A stretch of 64,000 bases of DNA from Vairimorpha necatrix (taxonomy: Eukaryota): contig CP142728.1 in NCBI GenBank assembly GCA_036630325.1, forward strand, positions 930,001 to 994,000, read 5' to 3'. Numbering within the stretch: position 1 is the first letter of the stretch; every line of letters starts with the position of its first letter. Below, piece after piece: positions 63,343-64,000 of this stretch. The position numbers and the translations under genes are program-made. The notes beneath the pieces are model-generated. The model saw nothing but the letters and a program-made list of their open reading frames with translations. It searched no databases and was not told where the DNA came from.

Positions 63343-64000
63343 CAAGTAAGAGGTAGGAAGAAACCTTACATATGGACAAGAGGGACTTGGGTGTGATCCT
63401 CATCTAACTGGTACTGTGAGATTTTTACTCACTAAAACTTCCTCCATACAACTTTCCGGTGCAGCAAGCTTCGACGTATCCATTGGACTTTGGCTCCGGG
63501 AGAACACTTTCCATTTATACCTCAAATCGCGTCCAGAGTGACCTCACAGCGGATATTCATTACGGGCATGGTTATCTATACCCCGAGGAGAGACATAATC
63601 GTACTGACTCGAAGGTCCCTACAATCATCCGTATTGTACACACGGCTACTTACGCGGCCACATAACCAGCCCGGCGTTTTTATTGGGCTGCGTTGACCAC
63701 CAGTCCCACCAGTTTCGGCCACCTTGTTACAGAATCTTGTAGGATAGGGTCCACGAGACCTTCTATTGCCCCACTTACTCTAGTCTCTTAGTTAGCTCTA
63801 GGATCCCACTCTAGAGTGCACCGGCCATGGGCTCCAACTAGGCCGTACCCATTAGATACTTTTATGTATCAATAAGTCACCACAAGAGTGATGCTGTTTT
63901 TTGGCTTTGAGATGCATTTCTACACTAGATGCTAATCCCCTTGTGGTTGGACACACACAAGTTTTATTAAATCAACTTAATGATTATCGTGGACATTTTC
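63343..64000. other. GC-enriched, hairpin-rich non-coding segment of unknown identity
   Basis: Abrupt composition change, many short inverted repeats, no credible ORF. A T run at 63328-63341 borders it. Confidence 0.45.

Noticed and set aside
1-64000. Telomeric repeats or tRNA genes
   Set aside because: No TTAGG(G) arrays or convincing cloverleaf were seen by eye, so a subtelomeric position cannot be claimed from this window.

Overview
This AT-rich eukaryotic window is almost certainly from a microsporidian of the Vairimorpha/Nosema group. It holds one reduced rRNA unit on the minus strand (SSU ~1.25 kb, very short ITS, LSU with fused 5.8S-like 5' part). No ordinary host protein gene is recognisable. 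The rest is a deeply nested transposon cluster: three Ty3/Gypsy LTR elements with tiny LTRs, ten Merlin/IS1595-like elements, an intact DD34E Tc1/IS630-like element, an intact Ginger2-like integrase transposon, and several APE-RT non-LTR (LINE) copies. The most notable structure starts ~25-70 nt downstream of the LSU 3' end, on the same strand: a head-to-tail array of LINE copies and fragments. Where an apparent native 5' end is present it folds into an HDV/CPEB3-like ribozyme. The 3' ends carry a covarying ~270-nt structured RNA module and a T-rich (not poly-A) tail. The array includes a ~500-bp non-coding ribozyme+3'-module element. This suggests rDNA read-through plus self-cleavage as an expression route that leaves the LSU uninterrupted. 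All structures were folded by eye; no database search or computation was run.
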